A stretch of DNA of 32,000 nt from Propionibacterium ruminifibrarum (lineage in GTDB: Bacteria > Actinomycetota > Actinomycetes > Propionibacteriales > Propionibacteriaceae), in contig NZ_OMOH01000012.1 in NCBI RefSeq assembly GCF_900289195.1, positions 30,001 through 62,000 on the forward strand, in the 5' to 3' direction. The notes below the pieces were generated by a model. It was not told where the DNA came from and made no database searches. It worked only from the letters and a program-made list of their open reading frames with translations. A program made the translations under genes and the position numbers. Within the stretch, counting starts at the first letter, position 1. Every line of letters begins with the position of its first letter. Positions 28,327 to 32,000 of the stretch are shown in pieces.

Positions 28327-28394
28327 TTCAATGAAAAAGTGAAACAGTGCGATCTAGGCTTGGGGCACCGCGAACACAGGAGCACGGAGGCACG

Positions 28395-30325
28395 ATGAAC
28401 GGTCTTTCCCTCGGTGACGTGGCCCGGCTGGCGCGCGTCCGGCGTCCGGTCGTGTCGATGTGGCTCAAACGGCACAAGGACGGCCTGCCCTTCCCCGAGC
28501 AGGACGCCGAAGGCCGTGTCGACGCCGACGAGCTCGTCGACTGGCTCGAGGCCACCGGTCGGGGCAACAACCCCGATGCCCGCGCCGAGGTGGCACTTCA
28601 CAAGACGCTCACCCCGGGGGTCCCGGTCGAAGAACTCGAGGCGGTCCTCACCCTGCTTGCCGCCCGGGCCGTCACCGGTGTCGACGTTGTCGGCCTCGAC
28701 CGTGACGACCTGCTCGACCGCGTGGAGGAACTCGACCCCGATGACGAGTGGCTGCTCGACGAGACCGAACGGTGCTGGACGCCCGAACTCGCCGCCCGGG
28801 CCGATGCCGTCGCCGACGCCGCATGGAATGACGCCGCGGCCTACGAACTGCTCCACGGGCACCATCTCGCTCGTGGGGAGGCGACACGGCTCGCCGAACC
28901 CCTGGTGCGGCTGCTCGCCTCCACCGCACAGTCCATGCTGGACGACACGGGCCTGCTCGTCGATGTGCGGGGCAGCTGCTGCGATGTCGTCGTCGCGCTC
29001 GCAGCGGACGAGGAGCACGAGATGCCCGGGCTGCTGCTCGTCGCCGGCGACCTCGACGGGCTGCGCCCGATGCGCAGGCGGCTCGCGGTGCACGGGCTGA
29101 GCCCCCTGGTGGCCCGGCTCGACGAGGACTGGGCGCCACCGGCCGGTTCGGTCGTCCTGGTTCGGCTGTCCGATGCCTCGCCGGACGGACTCGACCTGCT
29201 CGACCGGGTCTCGCTGCAGTTGGGCGAGCAGGTGAGCCTGCTCGCCGTCGGCCCCTCGTCCCTGCTGGTCGACCCGCTCAGTGACACGACGGCTACGAGG
29301 CGCGACGAGTTGCTGCGCTCGGGCGTGGTCCGCGCCGTCGTCCAGCTCCCGGCGGGCGTGCTGCGGGGCGGCAGGGGCCGAACGGCCCTGTGGCTGTTGC
29401 GGGGAGGATCGGGGCAGGGGCCTCGTGGCGTCGTGCGGGTCGGCGATCTGTCCGGGCGTCGGTTCGACGCGGCTGTCCAGCAGGGGCTGCTCGATGACCT
29501 GCTCGCCAGCGCCGAGGCCTCCGGCTCGCATGTGTTCTCGGTGCTGCGTCCCGTGGCCAGGGCGCACCTGGTAGCCGGCCGGGGCCCTCTCGTGACGCCG
29601 GAGCGCGTCACCGTCCCGGTCATCGGGGCCACGCCGAGGCAGGACGCCGCACGCATGCAGCAGCTCTACGACTCGCTCGCCCAGGTGTTGCCGCCCTTCG
29701 GGAAGGGTTTCGATGTGGCCGTCGCGGACGACGACGTGCTGAGGGTCGAACGCATCTCACTCGGCGCCGCTCTCGTGCGCCGCGGGGGAGAGACGTTGCT
29801 GAGGCTGCGCAAGGGGCGTCGTCTTCCCGAACTGGCGTCCGGCGAGTTGAGGCGGTGGAGGGCCGAGGACGTCGCGGCCGGTGCGCCCTCGCGGGTCGAC
29901 AGGCTGGCGCTGACCGGGGCCGTGCCCGACCACGAGCTGACCGAGCCGGGCGACGTCGTCTTCACCGTGAGTCCGCGGCCCGCCGCCGTCGTCGACCGCA
30001 GCGGCGGTGCCGTGGTCGCCTATCCGGCGCGGGTCCTGAGGGTGACCGATCCGCAGCGGAGGCTGTCGGCGTCGGCCATCGCCGCGGTGATCAACGCCCG
30101 GGGTTCGGGGGACAGGGCCTGGCGCGGCTGGCTCGTACCGGTACGGGCCGTCGGTGCCGGGGACCCGGAGGAGTTCCTGACACACTTGGAGGGCTGGCGG
30201 GCCCTGCTGGAGCAGTGGAAGGCCCAGATCGACGAGCTGGGGGCCATGGTGATCGACTCGGCGCTGTCCGGGGCGGTCACCATCGGGGCGCGCGATGACG
30301 ACAGGAACAACGAGGAAGGCCGCTG

Positions 30326-30326
<1 letters not shown>
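28395..30326 (+). CDS. HTH - degenerate N6-adenine-methyltransferase-like - TRD-like fusion protein (643 aa), coupled to hsdM
   Basis: ATG 28395 is preceded by GGAGG (28386-90). The N-terminal LSLGDVARLARVRRPVVSMWLKR is an excisionase/MerR-type HTH. The core aligns by eye with the neighbouring HsdM at AGDLDGLRPMRRRLAVHGL vs GQELNEATWRMAKMNLAIHGL and VVRAVVQLPAGVLRGGRGRTALWLL vs LVAAMVALPEKLFRSTGIPVCLWFF. Motif I (DPCCGSGG) reads DVRGSCCD, and motif IV (NPPF) reads RLSD. The C-terminus resembles an HsdS TRD plus conserved helix. The stop overlaps the hsdM ATG. Confidence 0.8.
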
Positions 30327-31995
<1,669 letters not shown>

Positions 31996-31996
<1 letters not shown>

Positions 31997-32000
31997 TGAG
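31996..32000 (+). CDS. First codons of the next ORF (probably hsdS), truncated by window end
   Basis: ATG 31996-31998 overlaps the hsdM TGA (TGATG) and is preceded by GGGGAGG. Identity is inferred only from usual hsdM-hsdS order. Confidence 0.3.

Noticed and set aside
28347-28394. Track start (28347) giving a 16-aa N-terminal extension MRSRLGAPRTQEHGGT to the 643-aa protein.
   Set aside because: GGAGG at 28386-28390 is ideally placed for ATG 28395. The HTH begins right after that Met. The extension lies in the AT-rich promoter region.

Overview
High-GC (about 68-72%) actinobacterial chromosome, probably Propionibacteriales-like; that assignment is a guess from gene content and is low confidence. 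Almost the whole window is conserved core metabolism in recognisable operons.

Layout by coordinate:
- 1-3242 (+): gap (3' end), pgk, tpiA, secG, rbpA.
- 3298-6501 (-): zwf-opcA-pgl, the oxidative pentose-phosphate genes.
- 6498-9645: a MocR/PdxR-type regulator (-), divergent from pdxS-pdxT (+).
- 9847-16180 (+): a complete mycobacterial-type SUF operon, sufR-sufB-sufD-sufC-sufS-sufU-DUF59.
- 16269-27428: small membrane protein, ABC-F ATPase, FMN reductase, RlmA-like rRNA methyltransferase, SDR, fabG-fabI (mabA/inhA-like), one hypothetical protein, orphan ABC ATPase, BASS-family symporter, TrmH-family methyltransferase, voltage-gated K+ channel.
- About 27.4-32.0 kb, the only accessory-looking part: a DUF4352-like lipoprotein gene, then a lower-GC 190-bp control region, then a 643-aa ORF coupled to a canonical type I hsdM.

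The 643-aa ORF is the most interesting locus. By eye it reads as an N-terminal HTH, then an HsdM-like methyltransferase core with degenerate SAM-binding and catalytic motifs, then an HsdS-like TRD and helix. Its stop overlaps the hsdM start (TGATG). A further ORF starts at the window edge with the same junction. This looks like an undescribed accessory or regulatory component of a type I R-M-like system.

Secondary observations:
- The PdxR homologue lacks the PLP-binding lysine.
- The Pgl homologue lacks family-conserved catalytic motifs.
- There are repeat operators at the pdxR/pdxS and sufR promoters.

No tRNA, rRNA, CRISPR, IS element or integrase was seen. Many long ORFs in the track are GC-rich shadow frames and were rejected.
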